Positions 1 to 8,954 of a DNA stretch of 64,000 nt are shown in pieces; within the stretch, counting starts at the first letter, position 1, and each line of letters opens with the position of its first letter. Both the position numbers and the translations under genes were made by a program. The notes under the pieces are model-generated. The model had not been told where the DNA came from. It saw only the letters and a list, made by a program, of their open reading frames with translations, and ran no database searches. Origin of the DNA: an uncultured Gammaproteobacteria bacterium. Its GTDB lineage: Bacteria > Patescibacteriota > Patescibacteriia > Magasanikbacterales > GWA2-37-8. The stretch is taken from assembly GCA_964482695.1 (NCBI GenBank), contig CAYZYP010000001.1, forward strand, positions 4,143 to 68,142. Reading direction: 5' to 3'.

Positions 1-19
1 TATATGATTAATATCATTT

Positions 20-811
20 ATGAAATATTGGCAATTAAACAATACTTGGTTACAAAGGCATTTGGCTTATCCAGCGCGGGTGGTTGTGTGGACCATTGCA
101 GACGTAGCTAATTTTATCGTCTTTCCTTTTATTTGGTTGGCTGTTTATGGTGACAGGCAAATTATTGCCGGCTTCACGCGCTCCGATATTGTTACTTATT
201 ATATTATAATCGCTTTTATTAGTCTTGGTTTTAGTTCTCATATCTCCGCTTATTTGCGTCAGGATATAATGGAGGGTGGGCTTAATACTGTTTTAGTTAG
301 GCCACTCAAGTATTTTTGGTATCGTTTCTTGCATGAATTATCTTATCGTATTGTAGCAGTTACTATCGCTATCTTTTTATTAGCGGTAGTGTTTATATTT
401 TTGCCACAATATATTATTCTACCAAAAAATATTGTTGGTGTTTGTTTGTTTATTCTTTCCTTATTTTTTTCTTTTTTAATATCTCATTTATTACAATGCG
501 TCATCGGTTATAGTTCTTTTTGGTTGGGTGAAACAGGCGCGGCCGATGGCATTAGGCATTTGTTGGAAAAGGTATTTTCTGGTGAATTGGCGCCTTTAGT
601 TTTTTTCCCAGTATATTTACAAATTACCGCCTCTTACTTACCTTTTAAATATACAATATATTTCCCGGCACGGATTTATTTGGGACAGGCAAATGGTAAA
701 GAGTTAGTTATTGGTTTTATGGTGTCTATAGCTTGGGTAGTTGGTTTATTATTAATATCGAGTTTAATGTGGAAAAGAGGATTAAAAAAATATGATGGGG
801 CAGGGATATAA
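20..811 (+). CDS. ABC-2 type transporter permease subunit (polytopic membrane protein)
   Basis: 263-aa ORF, highly hydrophobic with multiple predicted TM segments; first gene of a 3-gene unit ending in an ABC ATPase. Confidence 0.5.
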   Translation: MKYWQLNNTWLQRHLAYPARVVVWTIADVANFIVFPFIWLAVYGDRQIIAGFTRSDIVTYYIIIAFISLGFSSHISAYLRQDIMEGGLNTVLVRPLKYFWYRFLHELSYRIVAVTIAIFLLAVVFIFLPQYIILPKNIVGVCLFILSLFFSFLISHLLQCVIGYSSFWLGETGAADGIRHLLEKVFSGELAPLVFFPVYLQITASYLPFKYTIYFPARIYLGQANGKELVIGFMVSIAWVVGLLLISSLMWKRGLKKYDGAGI

Positions 812-840
812 TAAATTTTATTTTAAGTACGCGTAAATGT

Positions 841-919
841 TATGCCTGGCGCCAGCGGAAAAGACTTTTTGAATCGGCGGGCTATCGCCTCGCCGCTCAA
901 AAAGTATTTTCCGCTGGCG
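841..919. repeat. Palindromic intergenic repeat, family P1 copy 1 (gcgccagcggaaaa...ttttccgctggcg with nested gcgggctatcgcc core)
   Basis: Near-identical copy at 42909-42982; internal inverted repeat gccagcggaaaa(g/t)actttt(t)ga / tcaaaaagtattttccgctggc seen directly. Confidence 0.7.
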
Positions 920-947
920 AATTGACATAAAGACTAATTTTTTTGGC

Positions 948-1742
948 ATGAACCTAAAAAAATATTCTAAAATTTACAAAGTATTTGTGGAAAATGGTAT
1001 TTCCTATGTTACGCAATATCGACATGATAATTGGCTGAATATTTTGGTGCATGTTTTGTGGTTGGGAATGCTATTTTTAACCATTGAAATAATTTTTGGT
1101 CAAACTAACGCTATACTGGGCTGGTCTAAGCAAGAGGTGTATTTATTAACAGTGTTTTGGAGTATGGTTGACGAGGTGTTTGTTATTATTTTTAATGGTA
1201 ATCTGCCGCGCATTCCGGATGTGGTGACAGATGGCAAGCTTGATTTAATCTTGGTCAAACCGGTCAGCACTTTGTTTATGGTCAGCACCAATTTTTTCTT
1301 GTTTAGAGGCGTTTATCGATTAATTACTGTTCTTTTTGTTTTGGGTTGGTTATTTTGGCATTTTGATTATGGTTTTACTATTTGGCATTGGCCGTTATTT
1401 ATAATATTGGCATTAGGATCTATTATGGTTCAATACGCGGTTTATTTAATTATTAATACTTTAAGTTTTTGGTTTTTGCGCATTAACAATATTAATGACG
1501 CGGTGCGTTCTTTTGAGGTTATGGGTCGGTTTCCGTTTAATGTTTTTCCCAAGACAATTAAAATTATCTTTTTTACTGTTTTACCAATTGCTTTCAACGC
1601 TTATGTGCCGATGTCTATTGCTCTTAATCGTTGGCCATGGTATGGGATATTATATGCTTTTGTTTTTGTCATTTTTATTTTTTCACTGTCAATAAAATTT
1701 TGGCATTTTGCCGTTAAAAGGTATTCCAGCGCGTCGAGTTAA
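948..1742 (+). CDS. ABC-2 type transporter permease subunit (second membrane component)
   Basis: 264-aa hydrophobic multi-TM ORF immediately upstream of ABC ATPase. Confidence 0.5.
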   Translation: MNLKKYSKIYKVFVENGISYVTQYRHDNWLNILVHVLWLGMLFLTIEIIFGQTNAILGWSKQEVYLLTVFWSMVDEVFVIIFNGNLPRIPDVVTDGKLDLILVKPVSTLFMVSTNFFLFRGVYRLITVLFVLGWLFWHFDYGFTIWHWPLFIILALGSIMVQYAVYLIINTLSFWFLRINNINDAVRSFEVMGRFPFNVFPKTIKIIFFTVLPIAFNAYVPMSIALNRWPWYGILYAFVFVIFIFSLSIKFWHFAVKRYSSASS

Positions 1743-1760
1743 AATTTAATAACTAATTTT

Positions 1761-2744
1761 ATGTCCATCATCACCCTTAAAAATCTTTCCAAAACTTACG
1801 AATATTATAAAAAAGAACCGGGATTGCGGAATTCAATAAAAGGTTTGTTTCATCGTGAAAAATTATTTGCCAAAGCAGTGCGAGAAGTTAATTTTGAGAT
1901 AGCAGAAGGAGAGTTAGTTGGCTTTTTGGGCCCTAATGGCGCTGGTAAAACAACCACTCTAAAAATGTTATCTGGCATTATTTACCCTACCAGTGGTGAC
2001 GCGCGTGTCTTGGGGTTTCAACCATGGAAAAGGCAGGTGGTGTTTCAAAAACAGTTTGCCATTGTCATGGGCATGAAAAGCCAATTATGGTGGGATTTGC
2101 CAGCCATGGAAACTTTTATTTTAAATAAAGAAATTTACGAAGTGCCAGATAACCAATTTAAAGATCGTTTGAGAGAATTGTCGGAATTATTAGAAATTAC
2201 CGATCTTATCAATATACCAGTACGCAAATTATCTTTGGGACAGCGCATGAAATGCGAGTTAGTAGCCGCTTTAATTCATTCGCCCAAGGTGCTGTTTTTA
2301 GACGAGCCAACCATTGGTTTGGATGTTGTGTCGCAAAACAAGGTCAGGGAATTTTTAAAAGAGTATAATAAAAAGAAAAAAATAACTATTTTACTAACTT
2401 CTCACTATATGGAAGACGTTCAGGCCTTGTGTGAGCGGGTGATTATAATCAACCACGGCCAGTTAATTTATGATGGGAAATTACAAAATTTACTAGATAA
2501 ATATATTGATCATAAAATTTTGGAAGTAACTTTTTTAGAAAAAGTCGCTAAAAAAGATTTAGTGGGTATGGGTGAAATAAAAGAATGGGATCCAAAGAGG
2601 ATAGTTTTGGCAGTGCCTAAAATTGAAGCAAAAAAAGTGGCCGCTAGTATTTTGCAAAATCTGCCTGTTGATGACATTTTGATAAATGAAGTGGACATAG
2701 AGGATGTGGTAAGAAAGGTGTTTATTAGCGACGCAGTTGAGTGA
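1761..2744 (+). CDS. ABC transporter ATP-binding protein
   Basis: Walker A GPNGAGKTT, signature LSLGQRMK, Walker B LFLDEPTIGLD in translation. Confidence 0.85.
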   Translation: MSIITLKNLSKTYEYYKKEPGLRNSIKGLFHREKLFAKAVREVNFEIAEGELVGFLGPNGAGKTTTLKMLSGIIYPTSGDARVLGFQPWKRQVVFQKQFAIVMGMKSQLWWDLPAMETFILNKEIYEVPDNQFKDRLRELSELLEITDLINIPVRKLSLGQRMKCELVAALIHSPKVLFLDEPTIGLDVVSQNKVREFLKEYNKKKKITILLTSHYMEDVQALCERVIIINHGQLIYDGKLQNLLDKYIDHKILEVTFLEKVAKKDLVGMGEIKEWDPKRIVLAVPKIEAKKVAASILQNLPVDDILINEVDIEDVVRKVFISDAVE

Positions 2745-2834
2745 AATGTGGAAGCATTAGCTTCCACATTTCCGAGACGAGGAGCTAATATAGAGTTAGT
2801 ATCCTATATTTCTGGTATAAAGAGTTAATTTTTT

Positions 2835-4652
2835 ATGATTAAAAAACTATTCAAACTTCACTCCAAATTCCAACCAGCTGGCGACCAACCGCAAGCGATA
2901 GAAAAACTAATTAAAGGTATAGAAAAAGGGGATAGATACCAAACTTTAAAAGGCGTTACCGGTTCTGGAAAAACCTTTACCATGGCTAATGTGATAGCCA
3001 ATTTTGATATGCCGATACTTGTGATGGCGCCAAACAAAGCTTTGGCCGCGCAGTTGTATCGTGAGTATAAAAATTTTTTTCCGGAAAATTCTGTTAATTA
3101 TTTTGTTTCCTATTATGATTATTATCAACCAGAAGCGTATCTCCCTACCAGCGACACTTATATAGACAAAGAAGCGATGATTAACGAAGAAATAGATCGT
3201 TTGCGTCACGAGGCAACTAGCGCCTTGGCCACTAGAAAAGATGTGATAGTGGTAGCATCTGTTTCTTGTATCTATAATCTTGGTTTGCCAGAGAGTTATA
3301 CCGCGTCGTCTTTGCATTTGTGTCTTGGCCAATCAATTACGCGTGGTGATTTAACAAGGCAATTGGTAAAAATTCAATTTGAGCGTACTCCGGGGGCTTT
3401 GAGTCGCGGTAAATTTAGAGTGCGCGGTGATGACTTTGAAATTATGCCGGCAACAGGAGAAGTAATTTATCGGATAAGTTTGAGAGAACAGCAGGTGAAA
3501 GAAATATCCATTGTTAATTCTTTAACCAGAACAGTTAAAGAACAACTTAAAGAAATAATTATTTTTCCGGTAAAACATTTTGTTTCTTCTCAACCACAAA
3601 TTACGCGCGCGATAAAAGATATTAAAAGCGAGCTAAAAGAACGTTTATTATATTTTAAAAAGAAAAAGTTGTATATAGAAGAACAACGTTTAGAAAGGCG
3701 CGCTAGATATGACATGGAGATACTCAAAACATTAGGGTATTGCCATGGTATAGAAAATTATTCGCGCCATTTAACCGGCAAGTTAGCTGGTGAACCGCCA
3801 GAAACATTATTGGCCTATTTTCCTAAAAAAGAATTTCTTACCATCATTGACGAGTCGCACGTTGGTCTGCCGCAAGTGCGTGGTATGTATGAAGGTGATA
3901 AAAGCCGTAAAAATGTTTTGGTAGAATATGGTTGGCGTTTGCCATCGGCTTTAGACAATCGACCGCTTAAATTTAGCGAGTTTGAAGAACGAATTGGCCA
4001 GGTAATTTGTACGACAGCCACACCAGGGATTTTTGAATTAAAAAATTCAGTACAAATTGTAGAGCAAATTATTCGACCAACTGGCTTGATAGATCCACCG
4101 ATAGAAATTAAACCTGTTTTTGATAAAAAGAAAAATCAGGGTCAGATAGAAGATTTAATGAAAGAATTGGAAAAAATTGTTAAAAATAATGAAAGGGCGA
4201 TAGTTAATGTCTTAACCAAAAAAATGGCCGAGGACTTAAATGAATTTTTATTGAAGAAAAATTTTAAAGTTAATTACCTGCATTCAGACGTTAAAACATT
4301 ACAGCGCACGGAAATTATTACCAATTTTCGTAGAGGCAAGTTTAATGTTTTAATTGGCGTAAATTTATTACGCGAAGGTTTGGATTTACCAGAGGTAACA
4401 TTAGTAGCTATTTTAGACGCTGACAGAGAGGGGTTTTTACGTAGTGAATCCGCGCTTATTCAAACTATGGGTCGCACGGCGCGCAATGTTCGTGGCAAAG
4501 TTATTTTATACGCCGATACTATCACCGGCTCCATTAAACGCGCTATGAGTGAGGTTGAAATTCGGCGAAAAAAACAAATGGCTTATAACAAAAAACACGG
4601 CATTACTCCGCGCAGTATAGAAAAGGGGATAGAAGATACGTTTGAAAAATAG
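2835..4652 (+). CDS. uvrB: Excinuclease ABC subunit B (UvrB), short form lacking C-terminal UVR domain
   Basis: GVTGSGKTFTMANVI Walker A, helicase motifs, beta-hairpin region YYDYYQPEAY; 605 aa vs ~670 typical. Confidence 0.9.
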   Translation: MIKKLFKLHSKFQPAGDQPQAIEKLIKGIEKGDRYQTLKGVTGSGKTFTMANVIANFDMPILVMAPNKALAAQLYREYKNFFPENSVNYFVSYYDYYQPEAYLPTSDTYIDKEAMINEEIDRLRHEATSALATRKDVIVVASVSCIYNLGLPESYTASSLHLCLGQSITRGDLTRQLVKIQFERTPGALSRGKFRVRGDDFEIMPATGEVIYRISLREQQVKEISIVNSLTRTVKEQLKEIIIFPVKHFVSSQPQITRAIKDIKSELKERLLYFKKKKLYIEEQRLERRARYDMEILKTLGYCHGIENYSRHLTGKLAGEPPETLLAYFPKKEFLTIIDESHVGLPQVRGMYEGDKSRKNVLVEYGWRLPSALDNRPLKFSEFEERIGQVICTTATPGIFELKNSVQIVEQIIRPTGLIDPPIEIKPVFDKKKNQGQIEDLMKELEKIVKNNERAIVNVLTKKMAEDLNEFLLKKNFKVNYLHSDVKTLQRTEIITNFRRGKFNVLIGVNLLREGLDLPEVTLVAILDADREGFLRSESALIQTMGRTARNVRGKVILYADTITGSIKRAMSEVEIRRKKQMAYNKKHGITPRSIEKGIEDTFEK

Positions 4653-4656
4653 TTTA

Positions 4657-4807
4657 TATTTACATCTTTAATATATTTATTTTTAGACACATAAATTTTT
4701 TCCAGCGAAAAAATTTATTTAAGTGCTCGGCAAAAATCCCGACTTCGTCAGGACCATGCATTTTTGCCTCGCAAACTCTAAAAATAAATATATTAAAGAT
4801 GTAAATA
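4657..4807. mobile_element. MITE-like element copy A: 31-bp perfect terminal inverted repeats (tatttacatctttaatatatttatttttaga) flanking ~89-bp core
   Basis: Left TIR 4657-4687 is exact reverse complement of 4777-4807; core is reverse-complement homolog of 16211-16275. Confidence 0.7.
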
Positions 4808-5221
4808 CTATCTAACTTTTGTTAAATCACCATTAATAATAATTGGTTTAACGGCTTCAATTTCGGTTTTGCAATATGGCATATCGGGAATAGAATTCCA
4901 CATAAATATTTTTTGGTTTAAAACATGGGCAAAGCCAATTTCCATTAAAGTATTACCGCCAACATAGTTTTTAATGTCATTTTTATCAAAGTTTAGAACT
5001 AATACCGCGTCCGCACCTTGCATTTTTTTCCAAAATTCCCGAATAGCGTCTTGATTATTTTTTTGCCGCAGTTTAATTTCTTCAATTTCCGCGTCGTTTT
5101 TACCGATCATCGGTTTGTGCAGGTCGGAAATAAAAGCATCGTGGCCTAGTTTATCTAGTTCATTTTTTACTTCTATCATTTTGTCAGTAAATTGCATCGA
5201 GCCGATTATGCCGATTTTCAT
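4808..5221 (-). CDS. Nucleoside 2-deoxyribosyltransferase / Rcl(DNPH1)-like Rossmann-fold protein
   Basis: 137 aa; MKIGIIGS N-terminus and GADAVLVLNF...GGNTLMEIGFAHVLNQKIFMW resemble the NDT/Rcl family motif (D..G...E.G.A...K). Confidence 0.45.
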   Translation of the reverse strand: MKIGIIGSMQFTDKMIEVKNELDKLGHDAFISDLHKPMIGKNDAEIEEIKLRQKNNQDAIREFWKKMQGADAVLVLNFDKNDIKNYVGGNTLMEIGFAHVLNQKIFMWNSIPDMPYCKTEIEAVKPIIINGDLTKVR

Positions 5222-5234
5222 ATAAATAAGAATT

Positions 5235-5450
5235 TTATTTTAATTCAAAAGTATAAACGACATTAATTATTTGATTTTCGTTTTTTACATCGCAAGAAAC
5301 TTGTTTATTGTTTAATGTGTATCGAAGTAATTTTCCATTAATTTTCACAGTCATAATCTCTTTTTCGGAAAGCGGTATGCCACCTTGCCAATCATATTCT
5401 CCTTTAAAATCTCCATTAATAAAGATTGCTTTGGTATTTTTTTTGATCAT
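5235..5450 (-). CDS. Hypothetical small protein (71 aa), translationally coupled to flanking genes
   Basis: ORF start 2 nt downstream of upstream stop codon; no recognisable motif. Confidence 0.35.
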   Translation of the reverse strand: MIKKNTKAIFINGDFKGEYDWQGGIPLSEKEIMTVKINGKLLRYTLNNKQVSCDVKNENQIINVVYTFELK

Positions 5451-5455
5451 AAATA

Positions 5456-5797
5456 TTAAGGATAAAATTTTAACTCGCAGTTTCCTCCTACCAGTGAATA
5501 TAATATGCTTCGGACAGTCGCGTCTGTTTCTTTGGTTCTTTCGGGTTGTGAGGTTAGTCGATTTTCTCCTACAAGGGGAGGCTTAATCTCAAGACGTTCT
5601 CCTCTATTCATTACCGACCAGCCTTTTCCTAATTTTTCTGTAAATGTAGATTCCCAATCCGCGGGTATACTTGTTGGGTCGGAATACGGACCCAATGGGA
5701 GGTTTTTAATCACATATTCATTCTCATGTCCTCCCAATCCAAATTCAATAGTGATATGTGGTTTTTGTAATTGTTCTTTTCCATTTTCTGTTAACAT
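5456..5797 (-). CDS. Hypothetical protein (113 aa), first gene of minus-strand 3-gene cassette; locally GC-richer
   Basis: ORF only; no family recognised. Confidence 0.35.
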   Translation of the reverse strand: MLTENGKEQLQKPHITIEFGLGGHENEYVIKNLPLGPYSDPTSIPADWESTFTEKLGKGWSVMNRGERLEIKPPLVGENRLTSQPERTKETDATVRSILYSLVGGNCELKFYP

Positions 5798-5886
5798 ATT
5801 GGTTTTTTGAAGATTAATTAAGAAATAATATTATATTTTCGTTTATTATACCACTCCCATACTCAATAAATCAATAAATTTAGGGT

Positions 5887-5915
5887 TTGACTACCACCCC
5901 AACTAATGCTAAATT
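5887..5915 (+). promoter_or_regulatory. Candidate sigma70 promoter for uvrA (TTGACT-17-TAAATT)
   Basis: ttgact accaccccaactaatgc taaatt, 17-nt spacer, ~35 nt upstream of uvrA ORF. Confidence 0.35.
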
Positions 5916-5948
5916 ACCCACATACCCCCCTAGACCGTCAAAAAGCGG

Positions 5949-8465
5949 TTGATTTCATGTTTTATGGAAGACAAAATCATCATCAAAGGCGCCAGAGTGC
6001 ATAATTTAAAAAATATCTCTCTGGAAATACCAAAGAATAAAATAACGGTAATTACCGGCGTTTCTGGTAGTGGTAAATCCAGTCTAGCTTTTGATACTAT
6101 TTTTGCCGAAGGGCAGAGAAGATATATAGAATCATTATCTCCGTATGCCAGGCAATTTTTGGGTCAAATGGAAAGGGCTGATGTTGATGAAATAAATGGT
6201 TTATCACCAGCCATTGCCATAGACCAAAAAGCCCTTAGCCACAACCCACGTTCCACTGTTGGCACCCTAACCGAAATTTACGATTATTTACGTGTTTTGT
6301 ACGCCCGCTTAGGCGAGGTATATTGCCCGCAGTGTGATTTAAAAATAGAAAAATTAACAACCGACGAGATGTTGGATATAGTTATTGGCCAAGCCGAAGA
6401 ATTAGACGAAAAAATAGTCACCATATTTTCACCAGTCGTGCGCGAGCGCAAAGGGGAGTATTACCAATTGTTATATGATTTCTTAAATCTGGGATTTGAT
6501 CAAGCGCGCGTTGATGGGGCGTTAGTTTCTTTGCATGAAAGAATAAACTTAGCTCGTTACAAAAAACATAATATTGAAATAATGATTGATAGAGTAATGA
6601 TAAGTGATGTCAGCCGGTTAAACGAAGCCATAGAAAGTGCTTTACATCATAGCAAAGGATTGGTATTGGCAGTGTTTAAAGAAAAATCAAAAGAACCAAT
6701 AGAACGGTTATTATCCAGTAACTGGTCGTGCTCTAACGATGGTTTTTCTTTTCCCGAAATAGAGCCAAGACTTTTTTCTTTTAATAGTCCGGCTGGCGCT
6801 TGCCCGGATTGTCATGGTTTAGGGAAAGTAGAAATGTTTTCCAAAGAAATTTGTCCGGTTTGCCAAGGCAAGCGTTTAAAGCCAGAAGCCCTATCGGTAA
6901 AAATTAAGCATAAAAATATTTTTGAGGTTGCTTCCATGACCATAGAAGACATGTATACATTTTTTATTCAATACGAAATCAAAATGACTGAACGCCAAAA
7001 ATTAATAGCCCATCACGCCACTCGCGAAATTACCGACCGTTTAAAATTTTTACTGGAAGTTGGTTTGGACTATATTACCCTTTCTCGCGAATCTCATACT
7101 TTGTCTGGTGGTGAAGCCCAACGCATCAGATTATCTTCACAAATAGGTTCGCGTTTATCAAACACGTTATATGTTTTAGATGAACCTACCATTGGTTTAC
7201 ATGAACGCGACACCGATCGCTTGATAAAAACTTTAAAATCTTTACGCGATGCCAATAATACAGTTATCGTAGTTGAGCATGATGAACGGACGATTAAAGA
7301 ATCAGATTATTTGGTTGACCTTGGCCCCTTGGCCGGCGAACATGGGGGAGAGGTGGTGTACGTAGGGACAGGTCTAGACCTGTCCCTACAAGGCGATAAA
7401 TCTCGATCTCTTACCATCCAATACCTCACCAACCAACGCCAAGTAGAGGTGCCTAAAAAACGTCGCTGGAAAGAGACCGAAGAATTGTCTATTATCGGCG
7501 CGCGAATAAATAATCTTAAAAACATCAATGTTAAAATACCTTTACGCAAGTTTGTTTGTGTTTCTGGTGTTTCCGGCAGTGGTAAATCTTCGCTACTTTA
7601 TGATACTCTTTACGAAAATATTAATAGAATAAAAAGTAGATACAAAACATTGGAAGGTGCCAGTAAAATTACCGGTACTGAATATTTTGAAAAGGCAGTT
7701 ATTGTTGATCAGTCGCCAATTGGCCGCACCCCGCGTTCTAACCCAGCGACCTATACTGGCATTTTTACCCCTATTCGCGAATTTTTTGCTTCTTTAGAAG
7801 ATTCGCGTACGCGCGGCTATACTATTTCGCGCTTTTCTTTTAATGTCGCTGGCGGGCGTTGTGAAGCTTGCGAAGGCGCGGGAGCAAATTTAATAGAAAT
7901 GCATTTTTTGCCTCCCGTACTAGTGCCGTGCGAAGTTTGTCATGGCAAAAGATTTAGCCGTGAAACATTACAAGTTAAACATAAAAAGAAAAATATTGCC
8001 GATGTTTTAAAAATGACAGTTAGCGAAGCCGTTAAGTTTTTTGAACATATTTATTCTATCACTGACAAGTTAAAAGTTTTGCAAGAAGTTGGTTTGGGTT
8101 ATTTACAACTTGGCCAATCAGCCACTACTTTGTCTGGCGGCGAAGCTCAACGTATTAAGCTGGCGCGCGAATTAACTCAGCCATTAGGTCGTCGAACACT
8201 TTATTTACTCGACGAACCAACCGTTGGCTTGCACTACTTTGATATTGAAATGTTGCTGATGGTAATAAATAAATTAGTAGATAAAGGCAATTCCGTTATC
8301 ATGATAGAACACAATCTGCATATTTTAAAGTCTTGCGACTATATTATTGATCTAGGGCCCGAAGGCGGTGAAAAAGGCGGGCGAGTAGTGGCCAAGGGCA
8401 CGCCCGAAGAAGTAGGCGATAATCCTAATTCTTATACAGGGATGTATTTAAGAGAGATGTTGTAA
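5949..8465 (+). CDS. uvrA: Excinuclease ABC subunit A (UvrA), compact form (838 aa); true start probably MEDKIIIKG at ~5964
   Basis: Two ABC ATPase modules (GVSGSGKSSLAFDT..., GVSGSGKSSLLYDT...), zinc-finger cysteines, LSGGEAQRI signatures; insertion domain region replaced by short linker. Confidence 0.9.
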   Translation: MISCFMEDKIIIKGARVHNLKNISLEIPKNKITVITGVSGSGKSSLAFDTIFAEGQRRYIESLSPYARQFLGQMERADVDEINGLSPAIAIDQKALSHNPRSTVGTLTEIYDYLRVLYARLGEVYCPQCDLKIEKLTTDEMLDIVIGQAEELDEKIVTIFSPVVRERKGEYYQLLYDFLNLGFDQARVDGALVSLHERINLARYKKHNIEIMIDRVMISDVSRLNEAIESALHHSKGLVLAVFKEKSKEPIERLLSSNWSCSNDGFSFPEIEPRLFSFNSPAGACPDCHGLGKVEMFSKEICPVCQGKRLKPEALSVKIKHKNIFEVASMTIEDMYTFFIQYEIKMTERQKLIAHHATREITDRLKFLLEVGLDYITLSRESHTLSGGEAQRIRLSSQIGSRLSNTLYVLDEPTIGLHERDTDRLIKTLKSLRDANNTVIVVEHDERTIKESDYLVDLGPLAGEHGGEVVYVGTGLDLSLQGDKSRSLTIQYLTNQRQVEVPKKRRWKETEELSIIGARINNLKNINVKIPLRKFVCVSGVSGSGKSSLLYDTLYENINRIKSRYKTLEGASKITGTEYFEKAVIVDQSPIGRTPRSNPATYTGIFTPIREFFASLEDSRTRGYTISRFSFNVAGGRCEACEGAGANLIEMHFLPPVLVPCEVCHGKRFSRETLQVKHKKKNIADVLKMTVSEAVKFFEHIYSITDKLKVLQEVGLGYLQLGQSATTLSGGEAQRIKLARELTQPLGRRTLYLLDEPTVGLHYFDIEMLLMVINKLVDKGNSVIMIEHNLHILKSCDYIIDLGPEGGEKGGRVVAKGTPEEVGDNPNSYTGMYLREML
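7362..7389. repeat. 28-bp perfect palindrome gtagggacaggtctagacctgtccctac inside uvrA coding sequence, in a GC-rich patch
   Basis: Read directly; replaces the conserved EGTPEE segment at the end of UvrA ABC module I (translated VGTGLDLSLQ). Confidence 0.6.
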
Positions 8466-8467
8466 TT

Positions 8468-8725
8468 CTATTGATAAATGTCATGAGTACCAATTGAATG
8501 GAAGATAATTATATCATTCTGTCCAAATTCAAAAATAATACGGTATTTGTAACCAATAGAGAATGACCAAAAATTTTTAAGTCGGCCGCTAAGTTTGTGA
8601 GTTTTTAGTGATGGTGCGTGGCAATTTTCACGAAAAATTTGTTCGTTTTCTTCAGCGGTATCTTTAATATTATTAGGCAATTTTTTATACTCCCGAGCAA
8701 ATTTGGGAGTATAGACGATTTTCAT
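8468..8725 (-). CDS. Type II toxin, RelE/ParE superfamily
   Basis: 85 aa; MKIVYTPKFAREYKKL...HKLSGRLKNFWSFSIGYKYRIIFEF..DIIIFHSIGTH pattern typical of RelE/ParE toxins; 3 nt after the antitoxin gene. Confidence 0.7.
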   Translation of the reverse strand: MKIVYTPKFAREYKKLPNNIKDTAEENEQIFRENCHAPSLKTHKLSGRLKNFWSFSIGYKYRIIFEFGQNDIIIFHSIGTHDIYQ

Positions 8726-8727
8726 AA

Positions 8728-8943
8728 TTAACGTAAATCTTTAAGGGATTGAAGTGGTTTTGCTTTGCCAGCGGCAAATTCTTTTCTGCTTTTTTCTAGT
8801 TCATAAATAATTTTATTTTCCATTCGTTCACGTAAAATATGGCGAAAGAATTCGCTTACCGAAGCAAAACCACCAGTTTTAACCTCGTTCTTTATTTCTC
8901 TAACCATGATATTAGGTAAAGAGATATTTACAATATTGCGCAT
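8728..8943 (-). CDS. Ribbon-helix-helix (CopG/ParD-like) antitoxin
   Basis: 71 aa; ISLPNIMVREIKNEVKTGGFASVSEFFRHILRE matches RHH antitoxin N-terminal DNA-binding fold; immediately upstream of RelE-like gene. Confidence 0.65.
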   Translation of the reverse strand: MRNIVNISLPNIMVREIKNEVKTGGFASVSEFFRHILRERMENKIIYELEKSRKEFAAGKAKPLQSLKDLR

Positions 8944-8954
8944 AGACTTAATGT

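Noticed and set aside
2946-3332. 128-aa ORF antisense to uvrB, and similar antisense ORFs (3815-4021, 7307-7549, 24389-24931, 38074-38655, 44566-45093, 45313-45714, 29102-29496)
   Set aside because: They lie entirely inside well-supported genes on the opposite strand and have low-complexity translations, typical of frame artefacts in AT-rich DNA.
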